Positions 37,083 to 48,759 of a stretch of 64,000 nt of DNA are shown piece by piece. The stretch's first letter is position 1. Every line of letters begins with the position of its first letter. A program made the position numbers and the translations under genes. This DNA comes from an uncultured Alphaproteobacteria bacterium. GTDB lineage: Bacteria; Pseudomonadota; Alphaproteobacteria; HIMB59; GCA-002718135. The stretch lies in assembly GCA_902627245.1 (NCBI GenBank), contig CACOIH010000004.1, positions 8,041 to 72,040 on the forward strand, written 5' to 3'. A model generated the notes under the pieces. The model saw only the letters and a program-made list of their open reading frames with translations. It did no database searches and had not been told where the DNA came from.

Positions 37083-39355
37083 TGCTCTCTCCAAATTTAG
37101 AAAAAACTTTAAGAGACGCTTACCAGTTAGCAACTAATAATAAACATGAATATGTCACACTAGAACACTTACTCTTATCTCTGTTAGAGGATCAAGATGC
37201 ATTAAGCGTACTTAAAGCATGTGCTGTAGATACTAACTCACTAAAAGTAAATATTGAAAATTTTATTTCAAAAGATTTAGAAAATCTTAAAGAAAATTTT
37301 ACAGGTGAGCCTAAACTCACTAATGGCTTTCAGAGAGTTCTTCAACGTGCAGCAATTCATGTTCAATCTAGTGGTCGTGAAAATGTTACAGGTGCAAATA
37401 TGATCGTAGCTTTATTTTCTGAAAAAGAAAGTCATGCTGTATACTTCTTACATCAACAAAATATGACCAGACTTGATGCAGTACAATATATCTCTCATGG
37501 AATATCTAAAGCAAATGAAAACCTTGAAACTGAGGATATTTTGGATAACGGTTTAAATGAAAATGGCCAGTCTAAGAATTCTAAAAGAGCTCTTGATCAA
37601 TTTTGTATCAATTTGAATGAAAAATCAAAAAGTGGTAAAATTGATAAGTTAATTGGTAGATCTTTAGAGCTTGATAGAACTATTCAAATTTTATGCAGAA
37701 GACAAAAAAATAACCCCCTTTTTGTTGGAGATCCTGGTGTTGGCAAGACAGCTATTGCCGAGGGCTTAGCTAAAAGAATAGTAGAAAAAATGGTTCCTGA
37801 AATAATGGAAGATGCAAAAATTTACTCTCTTGATATGGGAGCTTTGCTTGCCGGAACCCGTTATCGAGGAGATTTTGAAGAAAGATTAAAAGCTGTGCTT
37901 AAAGATCTTCAAAAAGAAGATAAAGCTATATTATTTATTGATGAGATTCACACAGTAATTGGTGCGGGTGCAACAAGTGGTGGATCAATGGATGCAAGTA
38001 ATTTATTAAAACCATCTTTAGGAAATGGTAGTTTAAGATGTATTGGCAGTACTACTTACAAAGAATTTAAAAACTACTTTGAGAAAGACAGGGCTTTAGT
38101 AAGAAGGTTCCAAAAAATTGATATAAAAGAACCTTCTAAAGATGAAACTATTAAAATTTTAGATGGATTGAAGACGTATTATGAAGATCATCATAAAATA
38201 AAATATTCTCCTGAAGCAATTATAAGTGCAGTAGAATTATCAAATAAATATATAGGGGATAGAAAGTTGCCTGATAAAGCAATAGATGTAATTGACGAAG
38301 CTGGAGCTTCACAATATTTACTACCTGAAAATAAGAGAAAAAAAATTATACTTTCAAAAGATATAGAAGCTGTTGTTGCTCTTATGGCTAGAATACCTAC
38401 AAAATCAGTTAATCAAAGTGACAAAAATAATCTTAAAAATTTAGATAGAGATCTTAAAAATTTTGTTTTTGGACAGGACAAAGCAATTCAAGAATTATCA
38501 TCATCAATTAAGCTAGCAAGAGCAGGATTAAGAGAAGATGGTAAGCCAATTGGTTCATATTTATTTTCTGGACCAACTGGTGTTGGAAAGACTGAAGTAG
38601 CGAGACAACTAAGTAAAACTTTAGGAATTAAATTATTAAGATTTGATATGTCTGAATATATGGAGCGTCATACAGTAAGCAGATTAATTGGAGCACCTCC
38701 TGGATATGTTGGTTTTGATCAAGGGGGCCTATTAACAGACGGCGTAGATCAAAATCCGCATTGCGTACTTCTATTAGATGAAATTGAAAAAGCTCACTTT
38801 GATCTTTTTAATATACTTTTACAAGTAATGGATTATGGTAAACTAACAGATCATAACGGTAAATCAGTAGATTTTAGAAATGTTATTCTAATAATGACAA
38901 CAAATGCCGGAGCAATTGATGTATCAAAAAAAAGGATTGGATTTAATTCAGTTAGATCTAGTGATGATAGTAGTGATGCAATAAATAGACTATTTTCTCC
39001 AGAGTTTAGAAATAGAATTGACTCAATAATTCACTTTAATCATTTATCTAAAAAAATTGTTTTATCTATTGTAGATAAATTTATAATTGAGATCGAAGCT
39101 CAATTAGAAGATAAAGGAGTATCTCTTTCAATTGATAAGGAAGCTAGAGAATATTTAGCAGATGAGGGATATGACGAAGTATATGGCGCAAGAGAATTAG
39201 GAAGAGTAATTCAAGATAAAGTAAAAAAACCTATGGCTGAGGAATTAATCTTTGGTAAATTAGCCAAAGGTGGTCATGTTGAGATATCCCTTAAAGATAA
39301 AGAAATTTTATTTAATTTTACTAATAAACAGGAAGAAAAAAAAGAATTAGCTTAA
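37082..39355 (+). CDS. clpA: ATP-dependent Clp protease ATP-binding subunit
   Basis: Two AAA modules ([16 protein letters not shown]) and [11 protein letters not shown] 37082 overlaps the clpS stop. Confidence 0.96.
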   Translation: MLSPNLEKTLRDAYQLATNNKHEYVTLEHLLLSLLEDQDALSVLKACAVDTNSLKVNIENFISKDLENLKENFTGEPKLTNGFQRVLQRAAIHVQSSGRENVTGANMIVALFSEKESHAVYFLHQQNMTRLDAVQYISHGISKANENLETEDILDNGLNENGQSKNSKRALDQFCINLNEKSKSGKIDKLIGRSLELDRTIQILCRRQKNNPLFVGDPGVGKTAIAEGLAKRIVEKMVPEIMEDAKIYSLDMGALLAGTRYRGDFEERLKAVLKDLQKEDKAILFIDEIHTVIGAGATSGGSMDASNLLKPSLGNGSLRCIGSTTYKEFKNYFEKDRALVRRFQKIDIKEPSKDETIKILDGLKTYYEDHHKIKYSPEAIISAVELSNKYIGDRKLPDKAIDVIDEAGASQYLLPENKRKKIILSKDIEAVVALMARIPTKSVNQSDKNNLKNLDRDLKNFVFGQDKAIQELSSSIKLARAGLREDGKPIGSYLFSGPTGVGKTEVARQLSKTLGIKLLRFDMSEYMERHTVSRLIGAPPGYVGFDQGGLLTDGVDQNPHCVLLLDEIEKAHFDLFNILLQVMDYGKLTDHNGKSVDFRNVILIMTTNAGAIDVSKKRIGFNSVRSSDDSSDAINRLFSPEFRNRIDSIIHFNHLSKKIVLSIVDKFIIEIEAQLEDKGVSLSIDKEAREYLADEGYDEVYGARELGRVIQDKVKKPMAEELIFGKLAKGGHVEISLKDKEILFNFTNKQEEKKELA

Positions 39356-40485
39356 TTTTTATAGGGGGATAACGTATCAAGTTTTTCTTTTTCATTATTA
39401 ATTAGCTGAACTTCTTTATTTAAAAAATTTTCAATCGCAGTACTAAATTCTTTATCTTTAATCCAATGCGCACTCCACGTTTTTGTCGGTATGTATCCTC
39501 TTTGTAATTTATGCTCTCCTTGAGCACCAGCTTCTACAATTTTTATATTATTTTTAATTGCATAATCGATTGCCTGATAATAGCATAACTCGAAATGTAA
39601 AAATGGAATTTCATATTTTGCTCCCCATAACCGTCCATATAAATGTGTTTTACTTAAAAAATTAATCGCTGAGGCTATTTTTTGATTCTCATGAAAGGCC
39701 ATAATTAACAAGATTTTATCTTTGAAATTTATTAGCAAATCAAAAAAGAAATCTTTAGACAAATAAGTAGATCCCCATTTTCTTCCTGTGGTATCTAGAT
39801 AACAATCATAGAAAAATTGTATGTGCTCCTCTTTAATTAAGTCACCATTTAACAATTCTACCCTTAAATCATTATTTTTTATACATTGACGTTCTCTTTT
39901 AATTATCTTTCTTTTTCTTGAAGATAAACTTTCAAGAAATTTATCAAAATTTTTATAATCATTATTTTTCCAGTGATATTGGATACCAGATCTAAGCATT
40001 ATTTCTTTATTATTTTTCCCAAAGGATTTATTTTTTATGAAATTAAAATGTAATGAAGAAACATTTATTCTTTCAGCTTCATTAATAATATTTTTAATTA
40101 TTTCAGTTTCTTTTTCTTTAATATTCTTAATCTTTTTACTTATAATAATTCTTTCTCCAGTTACAGGAGTAAACGGAATTGCAGATTGTAATTTTGGATA
40201 ATAATTTAACCCATATCTATGATATGCATCTGCCCAAGAGTGATCAAAAATATATTCTCCAAAAGAATGACTTTTAATATAAAGGGGACACATAGCAATT
40301 ATCTCTTCATTATCTTTTTCAATATAGTGATAGGGTTGCCAACCAGTTTTAATTGTTGCGCTTCCACTTTTTTCTAATGCACTTAAAAATTCATATTGAA
40401 GGAATGGATGATCATTGCCAATACAATTATTCCAGCTATTTTTATTAATTAAATCTAAAGAAGAGCAAAAAAAAAATTCACTCAT
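39352..40485 (-). CDS. DUF482 / FemAB-like GNAT family protein
   Basis: HSFGEYIFDHSWA, PFTPVTG, LYGRLWG, LHFELCYYQ, GAQGEHK. Confidence 0.88.
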   Translation of the reverse strand: MSEFFFCSSLDLINKNSWNNCIGNDHPFLQYEFLSALEKSGSATIKTGWQPYHYIEKDNEEIIAMCPLYIKSHSFGEYIFDHSWADAYHRYGLNYYPKLQSAIPFTPVTGERIIISKKIKNIKEKETEIIKNIINEAERINVSSLHFNFIKNKSFGKNNKEIMLRSGIQYHWKNNDYKNFDKFLESLSSRKRKIIKRERQCIKNNDLRVELLNGDLIKEEHIQFFYDCYLDTTGRKWGSTYLSKDFFFDLLINFKDKILLIMAFHENQKIASAINFLSKTHLYGRLWGAKYEIPFLHFELCYYQAIDYAIKNNIKIVEAGAQGEHKLQRGYIPTKTWSAHWIKDKEFSTAIENFLNKEVQLINNEKEKLDTLSPYKN

Positions 40486-40492
40486 AAATTAT

Positions 40493-40957
40493 TTATTTTA
40501 TTTTAATTATTGCATCAATTTCAACAGATATGTTCATCGGTAAAGAGTTTGATCCTACAGCAAATCTAGCGTGTTTTCCTTGATCACCAAATATTTTTAC
40601 TAACAAGTCGGATGCACCATTGATAATTCTTGGTTGATCGTAAAAATTATTATTACAATTCACAAATCCTCCAAGTTTTAAAAAACTGTCCAATCTGTTC
40701 CAATCTCCATTAATACTTTTTTTTAGAGCAGATATTATATTAACACAGCACAATTCAGCAGCTTTTATCCCGTCATCTACTGTTACATCTTCGCCAACTT
40801 TACCTTTGTAGATTAGCTCTCCATTCTTTACTGGAGCTTGACCTGATACATAAACAATACTATCTGATACTTTAAACGGTACATAGTTTGCTAAAGCAGC
40901 TGGCATGTCAGGTATCTCTATACCTAATTGCTTGATATTTTCCTCAAACATGTGCAT
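40493..40957 (-). CDS. RidA/YjgF family protein
   Basis: ANYVP, SGQ, NGASDL, HARFAVG.SLP...VE. The start may be ATG 40951. Confidence 0.9.
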   Translation of the reverse strand: MHMFEENIKQLGIEIPDMPAALANYVPFKVSDSIVYVSGQAPVKNGELIYKGKVGEDVTVDDGIKAAELCCVNIISALKKSINGDWNRLDSFLKLGGFVNCNNNFYDQPRIINGASDLLVKIFGDQGKHARFAVGSNSLPMNISVEIDAIIKIK

Positions 40958-41002
40958 TAGTATATATATAAAACAAATTAAGCTAAGGTAAAGAAAACAA
41001 AT

Positions 41003-41569
41003 ATGATTAAACTAAATAAAATTATTATTTTGAGCCTATTTGTATCAACATTATTTTTAGGGGGAAAATCCATGGCAGATGATAAAAAAGATAAAATTCA
41101 AATGACACTCAAAGATGGTGTTGTTGTAATAGAAACAAGACCAGATGTAGCGCCAAAACATGTTGATCAAATAAAAACATTAATAAAAGAAGGTCAATAC
41201 GATGGCGTTGTTTTTCATAGGGTCATTGATGGTTTCATGGCACAGACTGGTGATGTAGAATTTGGCAACTCTACAAATGATAAGTTTAATTTGTCTAGAG
41301 CTGGCACAGGTGGATCTACTTTATCAAACATAGAAGCTGAATTTTCAGATGTTAATCATGGTCGCGGTGCTGTATCAATGGCAAGGGCCCAAGATCCAAA
41401 CAGTGCAAATAGTCAATTTTTCATCTGTTTTAACGACTGTTCTTTTTTAGATGGACAATACAGTGTCTGGGGACAAGTTATAGAAGGAATGGAGTTTGTT
41501 GACAACATTACTAGAGGAGAGCCACCTGCTGATCCTGATAAGATTATCAAAATGGAAATTATTGATTAA
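41003..41569 (+). CDS. Cyclophilin-type peptidyl-prolyl isomerase
   Basis: APKHV, FHRVIDGFMAQTGD, SMAR..PNSANSQFFI, LDGQY. Confidence 0.93.
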   Translation: MIKLNKIIILSLFVSTLFLGGKSMADDKKDKIQMTLKDGVVVIETRPDVAPKHVDQIKTLIKEGQYDGVVFHRVIDGFMAQTGDVEFGNSTNDKFNLSRAGTGGSTLSNIEAEFSDVNHGRGAVSMARAQDPNSANSQFFICFNDCSFLDGQYSVWGQVIEGMEFVDNITRGEPPADPDKIIKMEIID

Positions 41570-41573
41570 TTAA

Positions 41574-42656
41574 ATGTTTGTCGCAGATTTGCACAATGAT
41601 CTTGTGCAAAGAATAATTGAAGGTGAAGATGTTACAAAAGAAACACCTCACGGACACACTGATATACCTAGGCTAAGAGAGTCTTGCATCAATCTTCAGA
41701 TATTAATAATTTGGGTATCAAGTAAATCAGCAGAACCAAATTTCTTTAATAAAGCAAATAGGATGTTCGATGATATTGAAAAATTATTACAAGAAGAGGA
41801 TGTTGTAATTCCTAAAAATCTTCAAGATATATTAGAAGGCATCAATAGTAATAAACTTCTTCTACCTTTATCAATGGAAGGTGGTGAAGCTATAGAAAAT
41901 AACATAGAAAACTTGTACCATTTTATTAATAGAGGTCTAATTTACTTAGGGCCAACATGGAACCATTCACTTGATTGGGTCTCATCGAATTATGACGAAA
42001 AATATAATAAGGATAAAATTAAAACTATTGGACTAAATGATTTTGGAAAAGAAGTTATTAATATTTGTCAAGAAAACAAAGTATTAATAGATGTTTCTCA
42101 TATTGGAGAAAAAAGTTTCTGGGATATAGAAAATATTTCCCAAAAACCATTTATTGCATCTCATTCGAGTGTTCATAAGCTTTGTCCGCATTTTAGAAAT
42201 TTACATGATGATCAAATAATAGCAATTAAAAATAAAAATGGACTCATTGGTATTAACCCTTATCCTTTTTTTATTGATCCAACTTTCAAAGAAAGAGAGT
42301 CAAAAGTAAGAAATCAGCATAAAGAAAAGATCAAATCAATTGAAATAGAACATTCTACAAAATCATCTCAATGGTTAGCTAAGCAACATTTTTTTCAAAA
42401 AGAATTGTCCAACGTATGTCCTGATATAGATGTATTTCTTGATCATATCGAATATATAATCAAGCTTGCTGGTATTGATTACGTTGGAGTTGGAAGTGAT
42501 TATGACGGACTTGATTGTTTACCTAAAGGTTGGAATGATTGCAGAGATCATATTAAAATAGCTCAAAGATTAGAAAGTAGAGGATATAATCACAAAGAAA
42601 TTGAAAAAGTAATGGGTAAAAATATTTTAAGAGTATTAGAAGATATTAATTATTAG
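41574..42656 (+). CDS. Membrane dipeptidase (peptidase M19)
   Basis: DLHND, EGG, TWN, DVSH, SHS, GSDYDG. Confidence 0.88.
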   Translation: MFVADLHNDLVQRIIEGEDVTKETPHGHTDIPRLRESCINLQILIIWVSSKSAEPNFFNKANRMFDDIEKLLQEEDVVIPKNLQDILEGINSNKLLLPLSMEGGEAIENNIENLYHFINRGLIYLGPTWNHSLDWVSSNYDEKYNKDKIKTIGLNDFGKEVINICQENKVLIDVSHIGEKSFWDIENISQKPFIASHSSVHKLCPHFRNLHDDQIIAIKNKNGLIGINPYPFFIDPTFKERESKVRNQHKEKIKSIEIEHSTKSSQWLAKQHFFQKELSNVCPDIDVFLDHIEYIIKLAGIDYVGVGSDYDGLDCLPKGWNDCRDHIKIAQRLESRGYNHKEIEKVMGKNILRVLEDINY

Positions 42657-43244
42657 TAAAATCGAAATTATAACAAGAACTGTTCCCGATATTTTTTGAA
42701 TTGCATTTATTCTTTTTTGAAAAAAATCTTTTAAGCCATAGCTAGTTACTATTAATGCTACTAAAATATACCAAATACAATCAATTGCAGAAGCAGTTAC
42801 AACTAGAATTGAATTGGTTAAAAGCGTAGAATCAGTTTTAACAAATTGAGAAAAAACTGCAGAAAACCAAATTAAAATCTTAGGATTAAGTATAGATATT
42901 GAGAAACCTTGTAAAAAAGAATTCAGCTTATTTTGAGAGTTATCAATATCAATTTTTTCATTTTTTTGAAAAATAAATAAAATACCAAATACAAATAGAA
43001 AAACTATACCAACTATTTGAATTGACTTGAAAACATAAATATTAGTCAAAATAATAATGCTTAAACCAGTAACAGCAAAAATTGCATACACACCCATGCC
43101 TAATCCATGGCCTACAGCACTCATAATTCCCCCAAGCCTATTATATTTAGTACTATTTCTAATAATTAATGCTAAACTAGGACCAGGCGACATAGCCCCA
43201 GCAATACATACAGCAGCAAATTGAAACCAAAAAATTAAAGTCAT
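42636..43244 (-). CDS. LysE family translocator
   Basis: SPGP, F.QGF...LNPK, multiple TM. Confidence 0.9.
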   Translation of the reverse strand: MTLIFWFQFAAVCIAGAMSPGPSLALIIRNSTKYNRLGGIMSAVGHGLGMGVYAIFAVTGLSIIILTNIYVFKSIQIVGIVFLFVFGILFIFQKNEKIDIDNSQNKLNSFLQGFSISILNPKILIWFSAVFSQFVKTDSTLLTNSILVVTASAIDCIWYILVALIVTSYGLKDFFQKRINAIQKISGTVLVIISILLIINIF

Positions 43245-43978
43245 TACTTAGATGTTATTTCTAAATATTTTTTTATTGTTTTTTCTAGTCCAAATTCAAA
43301 AGTATCACAAATTAATGCATGTCCAATTGATACTTCTTTAATATTTGTGATTGATTCTAAAAAAAAGTTCAAATTCTCTAAGTTTAGGTCATGTCCAGCG
43401 TTAAATTCTATTTCTGGAAACTCACTTTGTATAAATTGAGACACTTCAACATAAGATTTAATTGCTTCAGATTTATTTTTTAAAAAATTATGAGCGTAGT
43501 CGTACGTGTAAAGCTCTACTCTATCTGTTTCAATAATATCTAGATTCTCTAATGTCTCTTTAGATGGGTTTACAAATAATGAAACTCTTATTTTATTATT
43601 ATGAAATTCTTTAACAACATCAGTCAAAAAAATTTTATTCTTTTGACAATCCCATCCAAAAGATGATGTTAATGCACCTGGAGGATCAGGAACAAGTGTA
43701 ACTTGGTGAGGTTTTACACTTATTACTTTTTCAATAAAATTTTCAGAAGGGTATCCTTCAATATTGAATTCTTTATTTTCATATTCTGAAACTAGCTTTT
43801 TCAAAGGTAACAAATCAGAGAATTTAGCATGTCTTTCATCAGGTCTTGGATGTACAGTTATTCCATCTGCCCCATATCGAAGGCACTTCTTACTAATATT
43901 AATTATATCAGGCACATTAGCGCCTCTAGCATTTCGTACTAAAGCAAATTTATTAATATTTACACTTAATGCTGTCAT
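43244..43978 (-). CDS. pdxJ: Pyridoxine 5'-phosphate synthase
   Basis: LSVNIN..RNARG, GITVHPRPDERH, TLVPD, NAGHDL, EVSIGHA. Start moved to ATG 43978. Confidence 0.93.
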   Translation of the reverse strand: MTALSVNINKFALVRNARGANVPDIINISKKCLRYGADGITVHPRPDERHAKFSDLLPLKKLVSEYENKEFNIEGYPSENFIEKVISVKPHQVTLVPDPPGALTSSFGWDCQKNKIFLTDVVKEFHNNKIRVSLFVNPSKETLENLDIIETDRVELYTYDYAHNFLKNKSEAIKSYVEVSQFIQSEFPEIEFNAGHDLNLENLNFFLESITNIKEVSIGHALICDTFEFGLEKTIKKYLEITSK

Positions 43979-43982
43979 GTTG

Positions 43983-44639
43983 TTAAATAGTTTTGCCGTA
44001 TACCTCATCCATCCATTTTATAACTTTTGGATTTTTATAAATTTCTTGTCTCAATTTATTAAGATGATCGTATTCATCTAATATGTTTGTAGGAACTCCA
44101 TCTAGCATTCCTGATTTAAGCCAACCAAGCAATCTCCATATAGCTAAGTCAGCTATAGTTAAATCACTATCTACAAAATATATTGATTTAGTATTTTGCT
44201 TTAAGAGATTTTCCAAAAATTGGAACCATTTAGGAAGATGTCTCATTGCAAGTATATTTCTAGCAATTTTTTTTCTCTCAGTATCTTTATCTCTACCAGA
44301 TAGGGTTACAAGATAATTTATATCTTGAGCTCCTTCAATAATTTGATCAATCAAAGCAGCTTTATAGTCATCATTTTTAGGATATAATCCTGATAGTTTA
44401 CCACAAAATCTTGCAATAGCTCCAGTTTGTGCAAAAATTTTGCCATCAACATCTAAAACTGGCAATTGTTTAAAAGGAGCGATTTTTTTATTTGGTAATT
44501 CACCTGTTTGCTTAAATTTATCGTAATCGTCACCTTCAATTCTAAAATCTTCAAAAGGAATATTACCGATATATAAAGATAGTCGGGTAACTTCTGCTCT
44601 CCAAAATGGTATTTTAAAATAATATAGAGTTATTTTCAT
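43983..44639 (-). CDS. Glutathione S-transferase (sigma-like)
   Basis: LYYF....RAE..R, PFKQLPVL, QTGAIARF, LTIADL. Confidence 0.88.
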   Translation of the reverse strand: MKITLYYFKIPFWRAEVTRLSLYIGNIPFEDFRIEGDDYDKFKQTGELPNKKIAPFKQLPVLDVDGKIFAQTGAIARFCGKLSGLYPKNDDYKAALIDQIIEGAQDINYLVTLSGRDKDTERKKIARNILAMRHLPKWFQFLENLLKQNTKSIYFVDSDLTIADLAIWRLLGWLKSGMLDGVPTNILDEYDHLNKLRQEIYKNPKVIKWMDEVYGKTI

Positions 44640-44657
44640 GTTACGAATGATTAATAA

Positions 44658-45074
44658 ATGTTACCATATATAAAAATGACTAAAAAAATAGACATATTAA
44701 TTATCATTATGAATATATTTTTTTTTAGTTATTATTCAATTCAACTTCTAGTTTTTACAGATGAATTTGCACTTGCAAATCTTGGTTTTTTTAATCATGC
44801 TATAGCAGGTTTATCTGAAATATTAGGAATAATATTTTTAACTTTTGTTATTGGATTAATAATAATTTTAGTTAGAAACATTGAAAAACAATTACCAATT
44901 TTTCTATCAATTTTTGTTTTTCAAATAGCTTGTGCTATCAATTTTTGGAGGTATGTTATTACAGATAGTCCAGGGGAAACAAATATTGAAATTATTTCAA
45001 CGAACGCATATTTTTTTACCATCATTGCATTTTTTACGAGTATATTAATTTTTAAGAGTTATAATAAATTGTAA
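44658..45074 (+). CDS. Hypothetical membrane protein (about 4 TM)
   Basis: Hydrophobic ORF abutting the next gene; the start may be ATG 44676. Confidence 0.65.
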   Translation: MLPYIKMTKKIDILIIIMNIFFFSYYSIQLLVFTDEFALANLGFFNHAIAGLSEILGIIFLTFVIGLIIILVRNIEKQLPIFLSIFVFQIACAINFWRYVITDSPGETNIEIISTNAYFFTIIAFFTSILIFKSYNKL

Positions 45075-45075
45075 T

Positions 45076-45474
45076 ATGAGAAAGAAATCTTCCTCTAAAA
45101 TTGCCAAATGTCTTTGTGGAGGAATCAAAATTAAAATTATTGGTAAACTTCGACACGTAATTAATTGTCATTGTTCCCAATGTATGAAAACACATGGTAA
45201 TTTTGCTGCTTATACTAACAGCTTAGAAGATAATATTACATACATAAGTAAAAGTACTTTAAAGTGGTATAATTCTTCAAACTTTGCAAAGAGAGGTTTT
45301 TGCTCTAAATGTGGTGCTAGTATATTTTATAAGATCAAAAAAAGTGATACTATAAGTATTTCAGCAGGCATGTTTAGTAATCCAACTAAACTGAAAACAC
45401 ATTCAAATATTTTTACTAAAAATAAATTAGATTACTATAAGCTAGATCCAAAATTACCTAAGTTTAGTAAATAA
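45076..45474 (+). CDS. GFA (glutathione-dependent formaldehyde-activating)/CENP-V family protein
   Basis: CLCG, CHCSQC, RGFCSKCG. Confidence 0.9.
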   Translation: MRKKSSSKIAKCLCGGIKIKIIGKLRHVINCHCSQCMKTHGNFAAYTNSLEDNITYISKSTLKWYNSSNFAKRGFCSKCGASIFYKIKKSDTISISAGMFSNPTKLKTHSNIFTKNKLDYYKLDPKLPKFSK

Positions 45475-45510
45475 TTAGTTATAAAAAAAAATAATAATTT
45501 AAATAGTTTG

Positions 45511-45585
45511 TGGTGCTGATACCGAGAATCGAACTTGGATCTGACCGTTACCAACGGCCTGTAATAACCATTATACTATATCAGC
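45511..45585 (-). tRNA. tRNA-Thr (GGT)
   Basis: Minus strand GCTGATA...GGCCG-TTGGTAA-CGGTC...GTTCGATT...TATCAGC-ACCA: 7-bp acceptor stem and encoded CCA. Confidence 0.88.
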
Positions 45586-45591
45586 TAATAT

Positions 45592-47019
45592 TTATTCAAT
45601 ATTAACCATTACATGTCTGATATTGGTGTAATCTTCTAAAGCATATGAAGATAAATCTTTTCCGTATCCTGAAGCTTTAACACCACCATGTGGCATTTCA
45701 GATGCTAACATAAAATGTGTATTTACCCATGTGCATCCATATTGAAGTCTTGATGCTGTATTCATTCCTTTCTTTATATCCTTTGTCCAAACAGATGAAG
45801 CTAATCCATATTTTGTATCATTTGCCCAATTTACTGCATCATCAACTTCACTAAAGGGAGTAACAGAAACTACAGGACCAAATACTTCATTTTTTGCAAT
45901 TTCATCATCATGATTAGCTCCAGCAATGACAGTTGGTTTATAAAAGTTACCTTTATCACCAACTGAGCTTCCTCCAGTTGTGATTTCAACATGTTTTAAA
46001 GATTTAGCAGTTTCAACAAATGATGAAACTCTATTTAAATGCTCAGCTGTGATTAATGGAGGAATTTCATTTTTATCATCTTCATCATTTGCAAATTCAA
46101 TTGTTGAGACGGCTGAGGTTAAATCAGCTACTACATTGTCATAAACTTTTTTGTCTGCAAATATTCTGCAAGCTGCTGTGCAATCTTGGCCTGCATTGTA
46201 ATAACCAAAGGCTCTTATGCCTTCTATTAGTTGATTTATATCAGCATCATCGTAAACAATTACGGGAGCTTTCCCGCCAAGTTCAAGATGAGTTTTTTTA
46301 ATACTTTTACTTGCTGCTTCTAAAACCTTTGATCCAGTTGCAATATCTCCAGTTAATGAAATCATATTCACATTCGAGTGATTAATTAATGTAGAACCTA
46401 CTGTCTCACCAATTCCAAAAACAATGTTTACTACGCCTTTAGGAAATACTTCAGCTAGAAGATCACAAATAAACATCGTAGTTAGTGGAGTTTGTTCAGA
46501 AGGCTTTAAAACTATCGTATTGCCTGCTGCAAGTGCAGGTGCAAGTTTCCAAGCAGCCATCATTAAAGGATAGTTCCAAGGAGCAATTGATGCTACTACT
46601 CCAACTGGATCTCTTCGAATCATACTTGTAAACCCTTGCATATATTCTCCCGCTAAGGCACCAGTCATATTTCTGCATGCGCCAGCATAAAATCTAAAAA
46701 CATCAGATATTGCAGGAAGCTCATCATTCAATGCTAAATGATAAGGCTTACCTGTATTCATTGATTCAATTTTAGCTATTTCTTCTGCATTCTTATCTAT
46801 TAAATCAGCAAATTTTAAAAGCATACCAGATCTATCTGCTGGGGTTGATCTAGACCATTCAACAAATGCTTTTTGAGCCGATTCAACAGCTTTATTAACT
46901 TGTTCATTACTAGATTGAGGGATTTCAACAATAACTTCAGAATTGACCGGATTAATTATTTTTTCAATCTCAGAATCTCCTTTTACCAACTCATTATTTA
47001 TTAAAATATTAGTTTTCAC
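45592..47019 (-). CDS. patD: Gamma-aminobutyraldehyde dehydrogenase
   Basis: [52 protein letters not shown]; GTG start with GGAGG; ydcSTUV context. Confidence 0.88.
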   Translation of the reverse strand: MKTNILINNELVKGDSEIEKIINPVNSEVIVEIPQSSNEQVNKAVESAQKAFVEWSRSTPADRSGMLLKFADLIDKNAEEIAKIESMNTGKPYHLALNDELPAISDVFRFYAGACRNMTGALAGEYMQGFTSMIRRDPVGVVASIAPWNYPLMMAAWKLAPALAAGNTIVLKPSEQTPLTTMFICDLLAEVFPKGVVNIVFGIGETVGSTLINHSNVNMISLTGDIATGSKVLEAASKSIKKTHLELGGKAPVIVYDDADINQLIEGIRAFGYYNAGQDCTAACRIFADKKVYDNVVADLTSAVSTIEFANDEDDKNEIPPLITAEHLNRVSSFVETAKSLKHVEITTGGSSVGDKGNFYKPTVIAGANHDDEIAKNEVFGPVVSVTPFSEVDDAVNWANDTKYGLASSVWTKDIKKGMNTASRLQYGCTWVNTHFMLASEMPHGGVKASGYGKDLSSYALEDYTNIRHVMVNIE

Positions 47020-47030
47020 TTAATCCTCCC

Positions 47031-47852
47031 TTATTTTGATGAACCTTCAGTATCAGTTGTATTCCTGGTAATATAACTTGCATATAAAATTGGGATGAAG
47101 GTAATACAAATTATAAAAACTGCAACAACATTCGTAATTGGCCTTTGTCTAGGTCTAATAAGTTCAGATAACATCCAGATAGGCAAAGTGGTTTGTTGAC
47201 CAGCTGTAAATGTTGTTACAATTACTTCGTCAAATGATAAAGCAAATGCAAGCATTCCACCTGCTAATATTGCAGTACCTAAATTTGGTAAAATAACATA
47301 AAAAAAAGTTTGAAAGTTATTTGCTCCTAAATCCATTGAAGCCTGAATTAAATTTGGTGAACTTCTTCTTAATCTTGCAACTACATTGTTGTAAACAACA
47401 ACCATACAAAAAGTAGCATGGCCAATTATAATTGTCCATGTACTAAATGGTATTCCAACAACACCAAATGCACTACGCAATGAAATACCAGTAATAATAC
47501 CTGGAAGCGCTATTGGTAATATTATTAAAAGTGTTATTGAGTCTCTTCCAAAGAAACTTGCTTTATAAAGTGCAGCTGCAGCTAGAGTGCCTAAAACTAT
47601 AGCTGCCATTGTTGAAATAATTGCAACTTGTAAGGATAACGAGACCGCATTCCAAATATCTTGTCTTGATAAAACTATTGAAAACCACTTCAAGGTGTAT
47701 CCTGGTGGAGGAAATTGATATGATTTATCTTCTGTGGTAAAAGCATATAGAATTATTAAAAATAATGGAACATGTAGAAATAAAATTCCTAAAATTGCAC
47801 CAAGTTTCAAACCAAAAGAAGCTTTATTTAAATTATTTTTTTTAAAGAGCAT
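47031..47852 (-). CDS. ydcV: Polyamine ABC transporter permease (YdcV/PotC-like)
   Basis: ASMDLGA, FALSFDE, LPIALPGI. Start moved to ATG 47852. Confidence 0.85.
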   Translation of the reverse strand: MLFKKNNLNKASFGLKLGAILGILFLHVPLFLIILYAFTTEDKSYQFPPPGYTLKWFSIVLSRQDIWNAVSLSLQVAIISTMAAIVLGTLAAAALYKASFFGRDSITLLIILPIALPGIITGISLRSAFGVVGIPFSTWTIIIGHATFCMVVVYNNVVARLRRSSPNLIQASMDLGANNFQTFFYVILPNLGTAILAGGMLAFALSFDEVIVTTFTAGQQTTLPIWMLSELIRPRQRPITNVVAVFIICITFIPILYASYITRNTTDTEGSSK

Positions 47853-48759
47853 TGAAAGCCCCAAGTTTTTTTGCAAAATAAATATATATTGCCATCACTC
47901 CTATTGGCACCAAAGAAAAAGCAGCGGCAAGTGGAATATTTCCTGCAGTTCCCTGGTGAGTATAGACAGCTTGTCCAATAAAAAATTTTGATGTCCCAAT
48001 TATATAAGGAATTATATAATCTCCCAAAGTAAGAGAAAATGTAAATATTGAACCAGCTGCAATACCAGGTAAAGCTAGTGGTAAAACAACCTTATAGAAT
48101 GTTTGTCTTCTTGTAGCACCTAGATCATAACTAGCATTTAAAAGAGAATTTGGAACTCTTTCTAAGGATGCTTGAATTGGTAATATCATAAAAGGTAGCC
48201 AAATATAGGTAAAAACTAAAAACATACCTAAGTAAGAAATTGATAGTGAAGGCCCTCCTACAACTGGTAATGATAGAATAGCATCTAGTAACCACGTAAG
48301 ATGTAATTTAGCCAGAACCCAATTTATAATACCCTCTTTAGCAAGTATTAACTTCCAAGAATATACTCTTACTAAGTAACTGGACCATAAAGGAAGCATA
48401 ATTGCTAAATAAAAAAAAATTTTTATTTTTGGGCTTGTAAATTTTGCCATATAAAAAGCTATTGGAAAGCCAATAACTGCAGCACCAATAGAAACAGCTA
48501 AAGCCAAGACGACAGTTCTAATTAATATATCTATATTTGCCGGCGAACTAAATAATTCAGCAATTGTACTAAATGAAATTTGGTAAACAACTTTTCCAGT
48601 AAAACCATCTAAATAAAAAAGAGAATGAAATAAGAAAACAACTAAAGATCCTAAATAAATAATACCTAACCATAGCAAAGGAGGTAATAAGAAGATTAAA
48701 AGTAATATATGTTTATTTTTATATAAATAGTTAGAAAAGTTATCTAAGGAACTAATCAT
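47842..48759 (-). CDS. ydcU: Polyamine ABC transporter permease (YdcU/PotB-like)
   Basis: PLWSSYLVR, ASYDLGA, FSLTLGDYI. Confidence 0.85.
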   Translation of the reverse strand: MISSLDNFSNYLYKNKHILLLIFLLPPLLWLGIIYLGSLVVFLFHSLFYLDGFTGKVVYQISFSTIAELFSSPANIDILIRTVVLALAVSIGAAVIGFPIAFYMAKFTSPKIKIFFYLAIMLPLWSSYLVRVYSWKLILAKEGIINWVLAKLHLTWLLDAILSLPVVGGPSLSISYLGMFLVFTYIWLPFMILPIQASLERVPNSLLNASYDLGATRRQTFYKVVLPLALPGIAAGSIFTFSLTLGDYIIPYIIGTSKFFIGQAVYTHQGTAGNIPLAAAFSLVPIGVMAIYIYFAKKLGAFNAL

